DNA from: Lama glama
Taxonomy: Eukaryota
Length of the DNA stretch: 64,000 nt
NCBI GenBank assembly: GCA_028534125.1
Contig: CM052817.1
Coordinates: 105,340,001 to 105,404,000, forward strand
Reading direction: 5' to 3'
Below the pieces are notes generated by a model. It was not told the origin of the DNA. It searched no databases and was given only the letters and a program-made list of their open reading frames with translations. Numbering within the stretch: position 1 is the first letter of the stretch; each line of letters opens with the position of its first letter. The translations under genes and the position numbers were made by a program. Below are positions 13,071 through 26,855 of this stretch, one piece after another.

Positions 13071-14817
13071 TACCATGCCTCCTGCTAATAATCTTTAATA
13101 ACCCAAGGTCAATGGGAGGAAAAGACATGAAAACAAATGACTGTAATAATAATGTGGTAGTTGATTACCAATGTAGCAAAATCCTGCAGTAAGACAGAAG
13201 AGAAGCTTTCTGATGTAATAGGGAAAGAATTCACATAAAGCACATATATTTGGGTTCATGGGGTAGGTTGCCACTATTTTGACTAGTTGTATTATGTCTC
13301 TGTGTGTCTAGGACTAGAATCTGGTGTTCTCATGTGTGACTACAACAGAACGTAGCCGGAAGCAAACCACAGTGCATTGGATTTTTGCATTTGTAGCCAT
13401 TTGTTAGTCAATAGGATTGCTAACAAAATATATATAATCTCATAGTTAACAAAGTGAAAACAGCAACTTTAATTAAATCATTGGCAGGACAAGACAACAT
13501 GGAATGAACACCCCTGGGCGAGTCTCTGTCCTATGGATCGCCTGTGCTGAGGCTGGAGGGTTGATGAGAGGAAGTTTCCACTAATCTTATACGTGAAATA
13601 TGAGCACTCATCAACCGTGGGATGGCACGCTGGATTTGGGGAAAGGACTTTTACTGATTTTAAAGTCAATATTTTCCTCTAAAATTATTTTGAATCAATA
13701 TTTCTGTGTTAGTGTGCTAATTAAAGCTGTGCAATGAAGCCGACATAGAAGTTATAAAAGCTGCACATTAAATCATAAAATATCAGTCTCTCTGTGGTTA
13801 TAGAGAGGTTGGTCCCAACGTGAAATTTTTTCGTATCATGGATTTAGATAGTTTTCCTATATGAAATGCTAACTTTCTAACTCAATTGATCAAACAAAAT
13901 AATGATACATTTTTAAAGAAAACAGTAGGCAGTTTCAATTTTATCTTGGAACTTTATACAATTATGATTACACTTGTAATCTAAAAATTATCTCCCTAAT
14001 GGATAGGCAGTGTCATACTTCTTGGAACCATCACGATGTCTAAAACAACATACAGAATTTTATATAAAAATAAAAGTAAAGAGGAATAAATCCCTTTTTT
14101 TAATCTCTATCAAAGCAGCAAGAGAATGAGAAGCTTGTGGTTTTCGCACTAATGCCGCGAGAACAATGGCTGTGGTGTTAAAATAACCTCGGGCTTGAAT
14201 CCTGGTGCGAGCAGTAACAGCGCTACCATTTCTTGAAGCATCAAATGTGTACCCCACTTCTTGGATGTTTTGCATCTATTTCTCTGTACACGGACGCACA
14301 CACAGGCATATGCCCGGATCAGAAGGAGCCTTGAACATGTTAATCCGACCAACAGTTCCCACATATAAATTTGCTATCAGACCCTTCATGTACAATGATG
14401 AAAGGTAAAACTCATGGAAATGATGCAATGTGTCTAAGATCTAATGGCCAGCAAGTGACTTCGTTGTCATTCGAATTCATGACCGTGTGACTCTTAGCTT
14501 CTATTCAATGATAACCTTCTTTTCACAGTCCTTGCAAGTTGCTAAATGTCTGCTCAGTTCCACTCCTTACATGACGTTCTTCATCGATACAGGAGGGAGT
14601 GATACCAATTGCCTTATAAGCTTGTCATAAAAAGTGAATGCATTAAGGAGATGCACATAGAAAACAGTGAGACACACCTATAAAACACTGACTTTTTTCT
14701 CCCTGAAGGGAATCCACCATTTTTAATATCTTATCTGGACTGCAGTCTTGCATTGTACACGATATATACATGGAGTTTCCCTTTTTTAAAAATATGAATC
14801 TGATAAAGATGTAAAAT

Positions 14818-15148
14818 GCAGTAAGGCAGTCCTCACTAATCTGAAGTTTAGCTTTCCATGATTTTAGTTAGCCAGGGTCAACAGTACAGTACAAAAAAAA
14901 TTAAGTGGAAAATTCTAGAAATAAACAATTCTTAAGTTTTAAATTTCATACCATTCTCAGTGATGTGATGAAATCTCACACCACCCCCTCAGTCCCTCTG
15001 GAGCCGTGATTCAACCCTTTGTCCAGCGTATCCACCCTATATAAGGTCCTTGCCAGTTAGCATGGGAAAAAAAAAATCACAGTATATGAAAGATTTGGTA
15101 CTATGTGCAGTTTCCCACATTCCAGTGGATAAGGGGGTGGGACTATTG
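14818..15148 (+). mobile_element. MER44A (Tigger7-derived) DNA transposon
   Basis: Matches recalled MER44A (ggaaaattctagaaataaacaattc.taagttttaaatt..gtgatgaaatctc..ccctttgtccagcgtatccac) with a GGATAAGGGG..GACTA.TG terminus. Confidence 0.85.
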
Positions 15149-15432
15149 CATTCAGTTCCTGGCCCAGGGTGGGTAGATAATAATTGGTAGCGGATCATTC
15201 TTATTTGTCTGTTTTCATGAAATTCAAAATTACAAAATCTCAGGACTTCTTGCTGTTGTGGTTGTTTGGATATTTTTTGAAATCAAATTAAGAATCGTGC
15301 TTGCTGATCCACTTACAGTTTCTAGGAGATCTGAACCCACAAGATATCAGATTTCATTATGTTTACATAACTGGATGTTTACTCTCACTTAAAACACTTA
15401 CAGCTTTAATCCCTTTGCAAACGTTCCCAGGG

Positions 15433-15456
15433 CTCTCTCTCTCTCTCTCTCTCTCT
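15433..15456. repeat. (CT)n microsatellite
   Basis: Directly visible. Confidence 0.9.
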
Positions 15457-17160
15457 GTCTTTATTTTGGTGTTTCCTTATTTTGGACCAAGGATTGATGC
15501 CCCTTTGAGTCCTATTTTATATATACTTCCGCAATCCCTGTAATATAGTTTACAATTATGACCTTCTCTTTAGAAAATAATAGCATTTATGTTAGTAACA
15601 CAATTTCTCAATCTCCCAGTCGATTAGAAAGGTCATTCATTGTACAGAGGTGATTTTGGACCATCATCCAATAATACTACCTTAGCTTTGCTGTTTTATT
15701 TCACAGAAGTTTAAATTCTAAAAAAGTGCAAGAAATACAGCGTGTTCAGCTATTTTATGACTATAAGTGGTACAATAAAAAAAGGAAAATATTCAGTCTT
15801 CAATCTAAAGCATGAACTATTCAACCTTATGGATGCTCGAGTCTTTGTGCCTGGCAGGCATGAGTGTACACACAGGGATTCTGGCTGATGCTAACAGAAG
15901 TCAAACCTACTGGCATCTGTTCTCCTGATAGCCCCCAAGCACAAGAACTTCAAGTCCAGCACCTCAGATCACCTCATTAGAATCAATTTCAGTCTTCAAT
16001 CACTTAGTACAGGTTGACCTTATGCTGCCTGAAGAAACCAGCAAAAACGGTTACCTGTGTTTAAAAGTCTACATGTGATTTACTTGGGAAATCAGAGCTG
16101 AATTTGACCTGTGCAACCTTTTCTGACTCTAGACTAGACTTCGAACTGACTTTGATGGTTCCCATGTGAATTATCTAAGGAAGAGTGACAGGGGATGTGC
16201 TTTTTACATCATTCTTTTATGCAGGGCTATTATGTTTCTAAGACTTAACGGATTACACTTGAATTTTTCATTTCAAAAATTAAGATATAATTGCGGCATA
16301 AAGGAGATTTGTTGGCTATGGTGGAGGTAATTCAGCTGCATGAAAGTGTCTTATCCAAATGATCATTTGTGTGTGTGTAAGGCATTGTAATTTTCCCAGA
16401 AGAGGAGGATTCTCTTCTTGTTAGACATTTTAAGACAATCGATTTGCTGATGAGTACAAATATCTTAGTGACATCATAAAATATTTACTGCATACAACTA
16501 ATGAGAAAGAGATTTACTACATATAAAAGCAGAAGATTTCAAAGTGAATTTGTTTTCTCATCAATATCAATTTGTATTACCAGATTAAAGTTTATGTTGC
16601 ATTTTCAACATTTAACTTTACTTTCAGGGGACTGTTAGTTATTTATTTTCTATCTGTATTTTAAATAGAACAAATAAATTGTAACTTTTGGTCCATATGG
16701 CACAGCATTTTTCCATATAGTCAGGTAACACATTTTTTTAAAATTTATCATGCACTTTTAATAATTGATTTTATTTTTATATATTTACATTCTGTACATA
16801 TCACTGTAGTGATTGCATTATAAAACATCCTGGACAATAACCTCATACTTCTACGTGAGATTATTGTCCAGGATGCTTCTTTATTATGGCATAATCTTTA
16901 TCTTAAATAGTTAACTTCATATTTATCTCAGTGTGAAAGTAAAATAAATTAATGTCTTTATAAGAAATCTTCATTAAAACTTGAATAGGTCTAAAAACTT
17001 GAAATGTTAACAAAAACATATTAATAACTTAAATATTGGACATATTTTTATAGAATTCTCATAGCTCATTTTGATCAATATGTCATCAATTATTTTGTGA
17101 ACAGTATTAAAAACACATATGCTCTATGAAATTCTCTTTTTTTTAAGTACCTACATGTAC

Positions 17161-17400
17161 TTTTTTTTTGATTGAAGTATAGTCAGTTTACAATGTGTCA
17201 ATTTCTGGTGTACAGCACAATGTTTCAGTTACACTTATACATGTATATATTCCTTTTCACATTCTTTTTCATTATAGGTTACTGCAATGTATTGAATATA
17301 GTTCCCTGTGCTATACAGTAGAAACTTGTCATTTATCTAGTTTATATATAGTAGTATCTGCAGATCTTGAACTCTCAATTTATTCCTCCCCACCCCATTT
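17161..17400 (-). mobile_element. 5'-truncated L1 3' end (camelid-type)
   Basis: Poly-T followed by attgaagtatagtcagtttacaatgtgtcaatttctggtgtacagcac, a signature shared with many copies in this window. Confidence 0.85.
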
Positions 17401-17424
17401 CTCTGTTAGCACACTTTATATTCT

Positions 17425-17457
<33 letters not shown>

Positions 17458-18970
17458 AACACCATTATGAATTAAAAAATCAAACCTCTTAGCCATCTTT
17501 GACATTATCCTAGACATTTCTGAAAACAGCATTGTTTTTCATTGAAATAATATTTTCAGCCCCTGTTAAATTCTTCCTCCAGGATCTGGAATAACTTGCT
17601 CAGATAGGAGGCCTAATTCCTTTAATGAAGCTACCATTATTAACATGATCATCACATGCAGTTACCACTTACAGGCAGGGTTATACCCCATGGGGGTTAT
17701 TTCAGAGACTAAGAAGGAAAATTTTAAAGTCATGAGTCCCTGAAAGTATTTTCAGTTTAACTGTCACCTCATTTATTTTCTTCTGTTGCTCTCTGAAGAC
17801 TTTTTTCAATTATTCGCATCTGCTTTGCATCCAAGCAAAACAGGTGATATTTTACTCTCACTCTAACATTTTTAATGTTTTTATTTTTTTCCTTAAAATT
17901 AAGATGGCCAGAAGAAATAGAGTATTTAAAGATACTCTTTTTCTGTATTTTTTGTAAAAGCCTATCTTGAATTACATAACGGGATGAAAGTTTTATCTGC
18001 TTATTAGACATCATGGTAATAAACTTAAACATCAGACTGGAGGTCACAAGTTCCTGTCATTTATAGAATCTCGTACTTAAAAAAAAAAATGGGAAATTCA
18101 CAGGAAAATCGGAAGTATTTTACCTAAGAAAAAACACAAATTTGAGTGAAGCCAGGATCAAAATCCAAAAGCCATAGATCACCCAGCACCTTATCTTAAT
18201 CATTATTTTAAATCATATACTTGACACTTGATGTGGGAAATATTTTTAGATATATATGCTGAAAAGTAAATATCCTATGAAATAAAACAACACAACATTT
18301 ACTTCAAAATACATCTGTATAGCAGGAGCAATGTAAATATAAAGTTAGAGCTTAATATTGTGTTGTAAATATTTCCCATTAAGGATTAGACTGTTATGAT
18401 TTATTTCCTGTACTATTTACTATTTACTAAAAAAGTACTTATTCCACTTATATTGGTAAAATTTGAATTCACAAAATTATTTTCCAATTTGCTACTCCTT
18501 CACCATTTACCTTCTTAACTGGCGCCCAATTTGTTAATTTTTTTTTAAATGTCATGAGCTTTGAAGTAATGGAATAATATCTCTCCTATTTCTTTTGTCT
18601 ATGTTTAATCACTTGAATGTTTGACAAATCAATTTTTAAATCTTTATATTCCTGTATAAGAAAGCTATTTTTTGTTTAATACATAAATACAATAGTACAT
18701 ATTTTGTTTTCCCAGGATATAAAAAATGCATATATATGTGTGTGTGTGTATATATGACTTAAGTAGTTCACCCTCCAAAAGCAAATTTATGATTAAATTT
18801 CCCTGTGTAATTCCTTTTCTATAGTACTAAAGGCCAATGATCTAACCATTTAAGGGTCTGTTTGCATGAATGAATCAATTGTCTGAATTGGCTGGTTATT
18901 AATCCAAAAGCAATTCAATCAAATCGTCATTCAGCTACATATATTGAATATATACTGTAAGGAAAATTGC

Positions 18971-19366
18971 GATGTCCCAGTCATGCATATACCTACATAT
19001 ATTCATTTTCATATTTTTTCATTAAAGATTATTACAAGATATTGAACATAGTTCCCTGTGCTATACAGAAGAAACCTTTTTTAATCTATTTTTATATATA
19101 GTGGCTAACATTTTTGAATCTCAAATCCCCAAATTTAGCTTTTCTCACCCCGTCTTCTAGGTAGCCATAAGATTGTTTACAATCTCTGCTAACTATAAAA
19201 AATAATAAAATAATGCCATTTGCAAGAACATGGATGGACCTGGAGATTGTCATTCAAAGTGAAGGGAGCCAGAAAGAGAAAGAAAAATACCATGTGATAT
19301 CACTCACATGTGGAATCTGAAAAAAAAAAAAAAAAAAGAAAAAAAAGGACACTATGAACTCATCTA
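18971..19366. mobile_element. L1 3' fragment with internal inversion (minus 18971-~19188, plus ~19191-19366)
   Basis: Antisense 3' UTR joined directly to a sense ORF2-end segment (ataatgccatttgca..ggagattgtcatt..tgtggaatct). Confidence 0.8.
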
Positions 19367-19929
19367 TGATACACATCCTGATATATTCTAAAAATAAAGA
19401 AAATCTATTAAAATATAAAATTTTTATACAAAAGATAAATTGTGTTTAATTCATCAAATAAGTTACGTGATGAAAATTATGTTTCTAAATATCTTTATCT
19501 TTCTGTCTCTGAGGACCTTATTCATTCAAAATAATTCTAAAAAGTTGATTTAGCTACTTTATTTGCTCTTCACCAAGATAATAATAAAAAGTTAAATAAA
19601 ACATTGTAAAACTATGAAAGAAAAACACAATATACATCTGTCTGACTCATCCTGTGAAAGATCTAATTAGCATGTGTTTTGACTATACTCACATAAATTT
19701 TATCGGAGTGGTGATTTCACACGTTAAATATAATTGCCTACTAAAATGTGGTACATATTTTTAACTATAAAAAGAAGATTTCCTTGTCATAACATCTATC
19801 GCAAGAGAGCGATGTTTGCAATGTTAAAAATATTTTCTAATTAGCAATAGCTATCCTTCTTAAAATACAGATGAGTTCCTTATTTATAATGAAACTTTTA
19901 AGACAGGCAAAAACATAAATCTATATTGC

Positions 19930-20460
19930 AGTGATTTCAGGAAGCAAATAAAGTTGGCATGTGTATCAAACAGTAATCTAGGCCATTGGGTCCAAAGTGG
20001 GGAGAGCGCATGCTAGGTGGTACACGACAGGATGCACTGGGATGCAAGAAAAATATGATGCTGTGGGCAGAGGCCATTAAATGACTCTTCATATGGTTAT
20101 TTTGCTGTGTTAGAAAGATGGCATCAGCAGCTGTATGGAGCATGGACAGAATGAAGGAGACAGAGAAGGCAGGTGAAGGAGGGGGCAGTTGTGTGAAACA
20201 TGAACGCCTAAATTATGGCAGTGGTGATGAAGTCTGAGCAGAGCGAGAGGGTTTAAGAGATCTGGAGGAGTTAAGAGTTATCAGCAGGGGACGTTTGGAT
20301 GTGAGGGAGCAGGAAGAGATGCCATAGATGGCTTCCAAGTGCCTGGATGTTTGCCACACATTGTGACAATGGAGCCAGAAGGAAAAGCAAGTTCTAGAGA
20401 GTGATTTTGCTGAGATTCCACTGGTGAGCAGCCCTAGTTCAAGGCACCCCCAGGCCACCC
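19930..20460 (-). mobile_element. L2 LINE fragment
   Basis: Purine-rich antisense L2 (gaggccatt..ggcagtggtgatgaag..ttggatgtgaggg..tagatggcttccaag). Confidence 0.6.
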
Positions 20461-21224
20461 ACGGAAGTCAGATAGTTCATGGTTCACATGTGGTCGCAGG
20501 CAGGATATTTTACCTTGGACAACGTACGTATTACCTTTGAGTCTTAGCTAGCTTGATCGATAATGGAGATTGTAGTTGCTACTCCATACAGTTGTTCTCA
20601 GGATTGAATTCATTAGCAAAAGTCACCTTTTCCTAGAGCCCAGGCTTTACCTCTCTGGTGTTTGGGGGCCTTAATTAGCAAATAATTCTGTCACGGCTAA
20701 CTCCCGTGTACTTTTGTCTTGCTAATAAAGTGGTTTTACAGCCGTATGAGGTGACTGAGTAGCAGATGGTCTTTTTAGGAGAGCAACAGGCCGTAAGACT
20801 CTGATGGGTGATCTGAAGAGGGGTGTGAATCCCCAGAGAGTTCTCCTGGCTACCTCAGAGAAGCAGCGTGTTTTCATTACATTAAAAGGAATATACACCC
20901 AATCACATAAAAAGCTCACTACACGTTAATAGATATTTGGGAAACTGCCAATGTATTTAGAGAAATATTTTGAGAATATAAATTAATAATTCATTAGTGG
21001 TCTCTCTCCTAATTCATATTTTTGATGCGATAACCCCATCTTTCGTACAAGAGTACTGGTCAGAGTGTTAATTCCCGCATTCTTGGGTTCTGACAGGTGA
21101 ATTACACTGGTCCATCTGCTTAAGGCTGATAAGAACTATCTTCGCTTTCTGTACTAAGAGAGCATTTGTTCAGAGGAGTTGGGTCATCCAAAGGATGTAG
21201 GTAATACATAAAGATCTGACAGAT

Positions 21225-21480
21225 TCATAGCAAGCCAAGTGTAGGCTCTGGCGTTAGCCTGTCTGATTTGGAATCCTGAGTCCATTGCCTCCTCACTCTG
21301 TGAAATTGGGGAAGTCACTTCTCATTTTCCTTCTTTGTAACAGGAAGTAATTTGAAATTTATCCGATAAGAGTGTTTATGAGTAACAAGTGCTGTGCCTG
21401 TAAAAGTGCACACAGTTGTACCCGATTCGCCTGGCATATAGCACACAAAGCATCAACGCTATTTTACCATCATCATTATT
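21225..21480 (+). mobile_element. MIR SINE relic
   Basis: 'ggctctgg..gaatcctg..tccattg..tgtga..ttggggaagtcactt..ctcattttcc..tgtaa' and 'cctggcatatag'. Confidence 0.65.
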
Positions 21481-21704
21481 TTTAACTAAAGAGTGAGCAT
21501 ATGGTTTCCCTTCCTAAACTTACAGTAAGGGTAGGCCTAAGAAACTGTAATCTTTTTTTCCTAATTGTCTACAAAATATCCTTTATTGAAGTTATTTTAA
21601 TCGGGGTCCAGTCAGATTATACATTACACACGTTTGTCATAGGTCTTTAGTTTATTTTAATCTAGCATATTCCCCTCTCTTGTTTCTCTTTGACAGTATT
21701 AAGA

Positions 21705-22005
21705 TTTTTTTTAAGTATAGTCAGTTACAATGTGTCAATTTCTGGTGTACAGCACAATGTCCCAGCCATGCGTATACATACATATATTTGTATTCATATA
21801 CTTTTTCATTAAAAGTTATTACAGGATATTGAATATAGTTCCCTGTGCTATACAGAAGAATTTTTTTTTACCTTTTTTACATATAATGGTTATCAACTGC
21901 AAATCTCAGACTTCGAAATTTATCCCTTCCCAGCCCCTTTCCCCTAGTAACCGTTAAGACTGTGACTATGTCTGTCTGTCTGTTTCTGTTTTGTAGATGA
22001 GTTCA
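21705..22005 (-). mobile_element. 5'-truncated L1 3' end
   Basis: Same L1 3' UTR signature as the copy at 17161. Confidence 0.85.
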
Positions 22006-22389
22006 AAGTCAATTATTGTAGAGAATGTTCCACCATCTACATCTAGTTGTTCTCTTGTGATTATACTCACATTAAACATTTTGGTGAGAATACTGTATAT
22101 ATTATATACTTTTGATAACATCACATCAAGAATCACATCATGACAATTTACTAGGGATGTTACATTTGATCACGTGGTTACGATAGTAACTGCTAGATTT
22201 TTATATCGTTGAAGAGTTGAAGAAGAAAAGTCCAGTTAAGGATTTCATTTTTTTGTTAGTAGTACAGTTTTTTGTAATAACTCAAATGAGAAAAGCTATG
22301 CGCTTATTCAAATGTCAAATAGATTATATAAAATTTGCACTTAATTCCGGTTTTTAAAAAAAGTCTTTATTTTATACAAATATTCAAAA

Positions 22390-23885
22390 TTTTTTTATTT
22401 ATTTGTAATTGAAATTTAATAAACACACAATATTATTACCTTACTGTCATGTGTACTACATAAAGGTTGATACTTGCATACATTGTGAAATTATCATTAT
22501 GCTAAGTTTGAGCATCATGTGTCCCCACACAAAGTTATTACAATACCACTGATTAGGTCCTTTATGCTGTATATTACATCCCTATGGCTTACTTATTATA
22601 TACCTCTTAATCCACTGCACCGCTTTTGCCCATCCTCCATTCCCCCCTTGCTTCTGGCAACCACCTGTTTGTTCTCTGTATCTGAGTCTGTTTTCATTTT
22701 GTTTCTTTTTTGTTTTCTTTTGTCTTATATTTTAGATTCCACATATAAGTGAGATCGTATGTTATTTGTCTTTCTCTGTCTGACTTGCTTCCCTTTAATA
22801 TGATAATCTCTAGGTCCATCCATGTTTTCCATGTTGTCATAAAGGGCAAAATGTAATTTTTTTTATGGCTGAGTAAATTCCATTGTGTACATAAATGTGT
22901 GTGTGTGCATGTATGTGTATATGTATGTATATAAATCTATGCAGACCTCATCTTCTTTATCTGCTTGGCTATGGATGGACACTTAGGATGCTTCCATACT
23001 TTGGTTACTGTAAATAATCCTGCAGTGAATATGGAAGTACATATATCTTTTCCAATTAATATCTTTTATTTCCTTTGGGTAAATGCCCAGATGTGAGATT
23101 GCTAGATTATATGATAGTCCTATTTTTAATTTTTTGAGGAATCTCCATACTGTTTTCCGTAGTAACTGTACCAATTTATGTTCCCACCAACAGCATACGA
23201 GGGTTCCCTTTTCTTCATATCCTTCCTCATCAACACTTGTTATTTGTTGTCTTTTTTGATGATGGCCATTCTGACAGGTGTGAGGTGATATCTCATGGCT
23301 TTGATGTGCATTCCCCTAATGAAGAGTGATGTTGAGCATCTTTTCATGTGTCTGTTGGCCATCTGTATATACTTTTTTTTAAAATGTCCATTCAGGTCTT
23401 CTGCCCATTTTTTAAATGGGTTGTGTGTTTTTAATGTTGTGTTACCTAAGTTCTTTGTTTTATTATGGATTTTAAACCCCTCTTGGATATATCATTTGCA
23501 AAGATCTTCCCCCATTCAGTAGGTTGCTTTTTTGTTGATAGTTTCTTTCACTGTGCAAAAGCTTTTGAGTTTCATTAGGTCCCGTTTGTTTATTTTTGCT
23601 TTTATTTTTCTTGCCTGAGGAGACATATCCAAAATACTTTTACTAAGACCAACGTCAAAGAGTGTACTGCTTATGTTTTCTTTTAGGAGTTCTGTGGTTT
23701 CAGGGTTTACATTTAAGTCTTTAATCCATTTTGAGTTTATTTTTGTATGTGGTGTGAGAAAATAGTTTGATTCTTTTGCACAAAGCTATCCAGCGTTCTA
23801 ACACCATTTACTTACTGAAAAGGCTGTCTTTTCCCCATTGTATATTCTTGCCTCCTTTGTCATAAATTAGTTAACAGTATAAAGG
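22390..23885 (-). mobile_element. Older L1 (L1MA-like) ORF2 C-terminus and 3' UTR
   Basis: Minus-strand peptide [29 protein letters not shown], with continuous antisense homology to the L1 at 43400-44448. Confidence 0.9.
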
Positions 23886-23889
23886 TGGT

Positions 23890-24900
23890 TCAAGTGGCCT
23901 CACACCTCTGCTTTTGTCAACACCCCTATCATCTCTGCTGGGAAATTTACCCCCGTCATTCACTCCGTGCCTGCCCTTTCTTCCCCTCAAACTCTTCTTA
24001 ATCCAGCATCCGGGATGATTTGGATAAAGTTGCTCCTCTGCTCAATCCACTCTTGTGGCATGCTGCCTGTGTAATGGCCAAAGACCCAAAATTACTCACA
24101 AGGCCCCACGGGAGGTGAACCTGCCTCCAGCTCTCAGACCTCGACCAGCACTATTTCTTTTCACTCATGCAGCTCCCGCCACACCGCCCCTCCTTGCTGC
24201 TTTTTTTTTTTTTGATTTATAATCATTTTACAATGTTGTGTCAAATTCCAGCGTAGAGCACAATTTTTCAGTAATACATGAACATATATATTTTCATTGT
24301 CACATTTTTTTTCTCTGTGAGCTACCAGCAGATCTTGTATATATTTCCCTGTGCTATACAGTATAATCTTGTTTATCTATCCTACAATTTTGAAATCCTG
24401 TCTATCCCTTCCCTCCCTCCGCCCCCTTGGCAACTACAAGTTTGTATTCTATCTATGAGTCTGTTTCTGTTTTGTATTTATCCTTTGTTTGTTTGTTTTT
24501 GTTTTCCTTGCTGCTTCTTGAGCAAGAACAGATCAGGCCCTCTCTTCCTGGGGTCTTTGCACTCCATCCGCCCTCTTTCTGAAGCCCTCTTTCCCAGTTC
24601 TCCATGTGGTTTATTCCTTTATGCCACTGATGTCTGTGCTTACAGGCCACCTTCTCCATGAGGTCTTCTCTGACTCTTCTATTAAAGACTGAAACTTCCC
24701 TTTCTTCTCATACTGTCACTTCTCTACCCTGCTTTCTTTTTCATCATGGCCTTATCACTTTCTGAGAAACTCTATATTTTGTTTGCTTATCCCATTAATG
24801 TCTGCTTTCCTCTCTAAAATGTGAGTTACCTGAGGACACAGATTCCATCTTTTTGGGTCACTGCTGTACATCTTGTTGATGGAATATTAGCATATGAATA
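23890..24900 (+). mobile_element. L2 LINE fragment interrupted by a young L1
   Basis: Pyrimidine-rich L2 pattern (ctctgctcaa..aaggcccc..tccttgctg..gggtctttgcact..aaatgtgag..tcactgctgta). Confidence 0.65.
24203..24504 (-). mobile_element. Young L1 3' end with 12-bp TSD
   Basis: Poly-T tail, with TCCTTGCTGCTT at 24191-24202 and 24505-24516. Confidence 0.85.
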
Positions 24901-26409
24901 TTTTAATAAGTTAATAATGTAGGGCTTGCCTTATATTTCTACCTTTAAATATTTGACTGAAGATGTGAAAGTCTCTCCAAATAATAACCTTCCATTAGAA
25001 ATGTTGAACTTAGTGAGAGAAAGGACATACATAGAGTTGAGGATAGTCGGTAATGGAGCCACTAAATGAGTTCACAACTTTAGTACTCCAACTTCTTCAA
25101 GAAGTGTCTTCTTCTCAGTTTTTTTTCTGCTTTCCCAAAGATTAGTTATCCTAGTATAAAATTGGGTGCAGATTATAAAACAACATTGATTATTCAGTAG
25201 GTATTAGAGATACCAATGCATTATGTGAACTGACTTACATGAAAATAAAATGCAAAATTATATAAAATCAAGATGTGGTATTTTCCATTCAAATATATTA
25301 ATAGTCCTTTTATTTGTATGCCTTGATGGTTTTTCCAAATCAATAACAGTGTAATAAGTTTTGCTAGGAAATTAGCATTGGGAATTTGGTCCACATCTGG
25401 AGAATTTTTTTTTTTAATAAAGCCTTTTCTGTTCAGTCACTCCTGGGACCCCACTGCTAACATGCTGCAAGTCGCTGCTATATTCTGATTTCTAGGTGAG
25501 TGGAGACAGCAAGTTTGGGCATGCATACCTAACACCTAGCTAGAAAGAGTGACCATTTGGTAGCTATGATTCAATCTGAAACTTTTTCATTCACTGAATC
25601 TCACGTATTTCATTCACTGGAAGGCGCTCAGGAGCGAGTTGTCAATTCAATTCATTTTTAACTAGCATATGATGCTTCATAAGGAATTAAGCTAAAAATA
25701 TGTACTCAGGAAAAGAACAAGATTGAACTTTAAGATAAAAGCTAAATACCCTTTCAGTGTAGTACTTATCTTATCATCCTATAAATTTTTACATCTGTTT
25801 GTGTTTCTCATTGCATTTCTTAATGAGTTGTAATAAAAGGAAATTTACATAACAGTATAATTTATATGTAAATTTATAAAAGAAGAATAATTGATATATT
25901 TTATTTTTTAGCTTAACAAAATTTTATCATACTTATGTTCTTAAAAAAGTATTACTTAATAATTTATTCATATTTAAAGTGTTTAAAACTTAAGTAACTT
26001 TATTGATCTTAATTTTATAACATAATTTTCTTTGAAAATGCATCAAAAAACAAAAAGTAAACAAAATTGAGTACTTTTGCTTCAAGTGTTTTGATAAAGA
26101 AAGCATTTTGTATGTAGCCCAGTATATCTTTCCTGCCAAAAATCTAGCATATTATAGTCTTATTATGAAATGACAGTCACATAGAAACTGCTTTAAGATG
26201 GTTCATATTGTCTACATTCTTAAAACACAGTGGACTGAACAAGAAACCATCATCACTTGTTAGAATAGGAGCCACCAGACTGTAAAGTATCTGAATTTCA
26301 TCTTGGGGTTTTATTTTGAATATTTGAATTTGACTTTAAATTTCTAGCAATAGCGTCTCCAAAGTTATTTCCTATACATCTAAATGCATTTAATATAATT
26401 TTAAAAGTT

Positions 26410-26855
26410 TATCTAGGTATAATTCAGTTATGGGTGTTTATGAGGGTTTTTTGAAATAACATTTATCCACCATTAAGGTTTCATACGGAGTGTTTTCATT
26501 GCTGTAAAATTCCTCTGTGCTCTGCCTGTACATCCCTTGCTCCCCTGTAACCGCTTGACAATCACTCATCTTTTTAGTGTCTCTACAGTTATGCCTTTTC
26601 CAGATTTATACAGTTAGAATCATCAGTGTGTAGCCTTCTAAGACTGGCTGGCTTTTTCTGTTTAGTAATATGCATTTAAATTTCCTCCTTATCTTTTCAT
26701 GGCTTGATAATTTATTTCTTTTTAAGTGCTGAATAATAATCCATTGTCTGGATGAACCATAGTTTATTTATCCATACTCCTACTGAAGGACATATTGGGT
26801 GCTTCCAAGTTTTGACTATTATGAATAAAGCTTCTGTAAACATCTATGTGCAAGA
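26410..26855 (-). mobile_element. L1MC/MD-like 3' fragment
   Basis: 'tccattgtctggatg.accatagtttatttatccat..cctactgaaggacat.ttgg.tgcttccaagtttt'. Confidence 0.8.
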
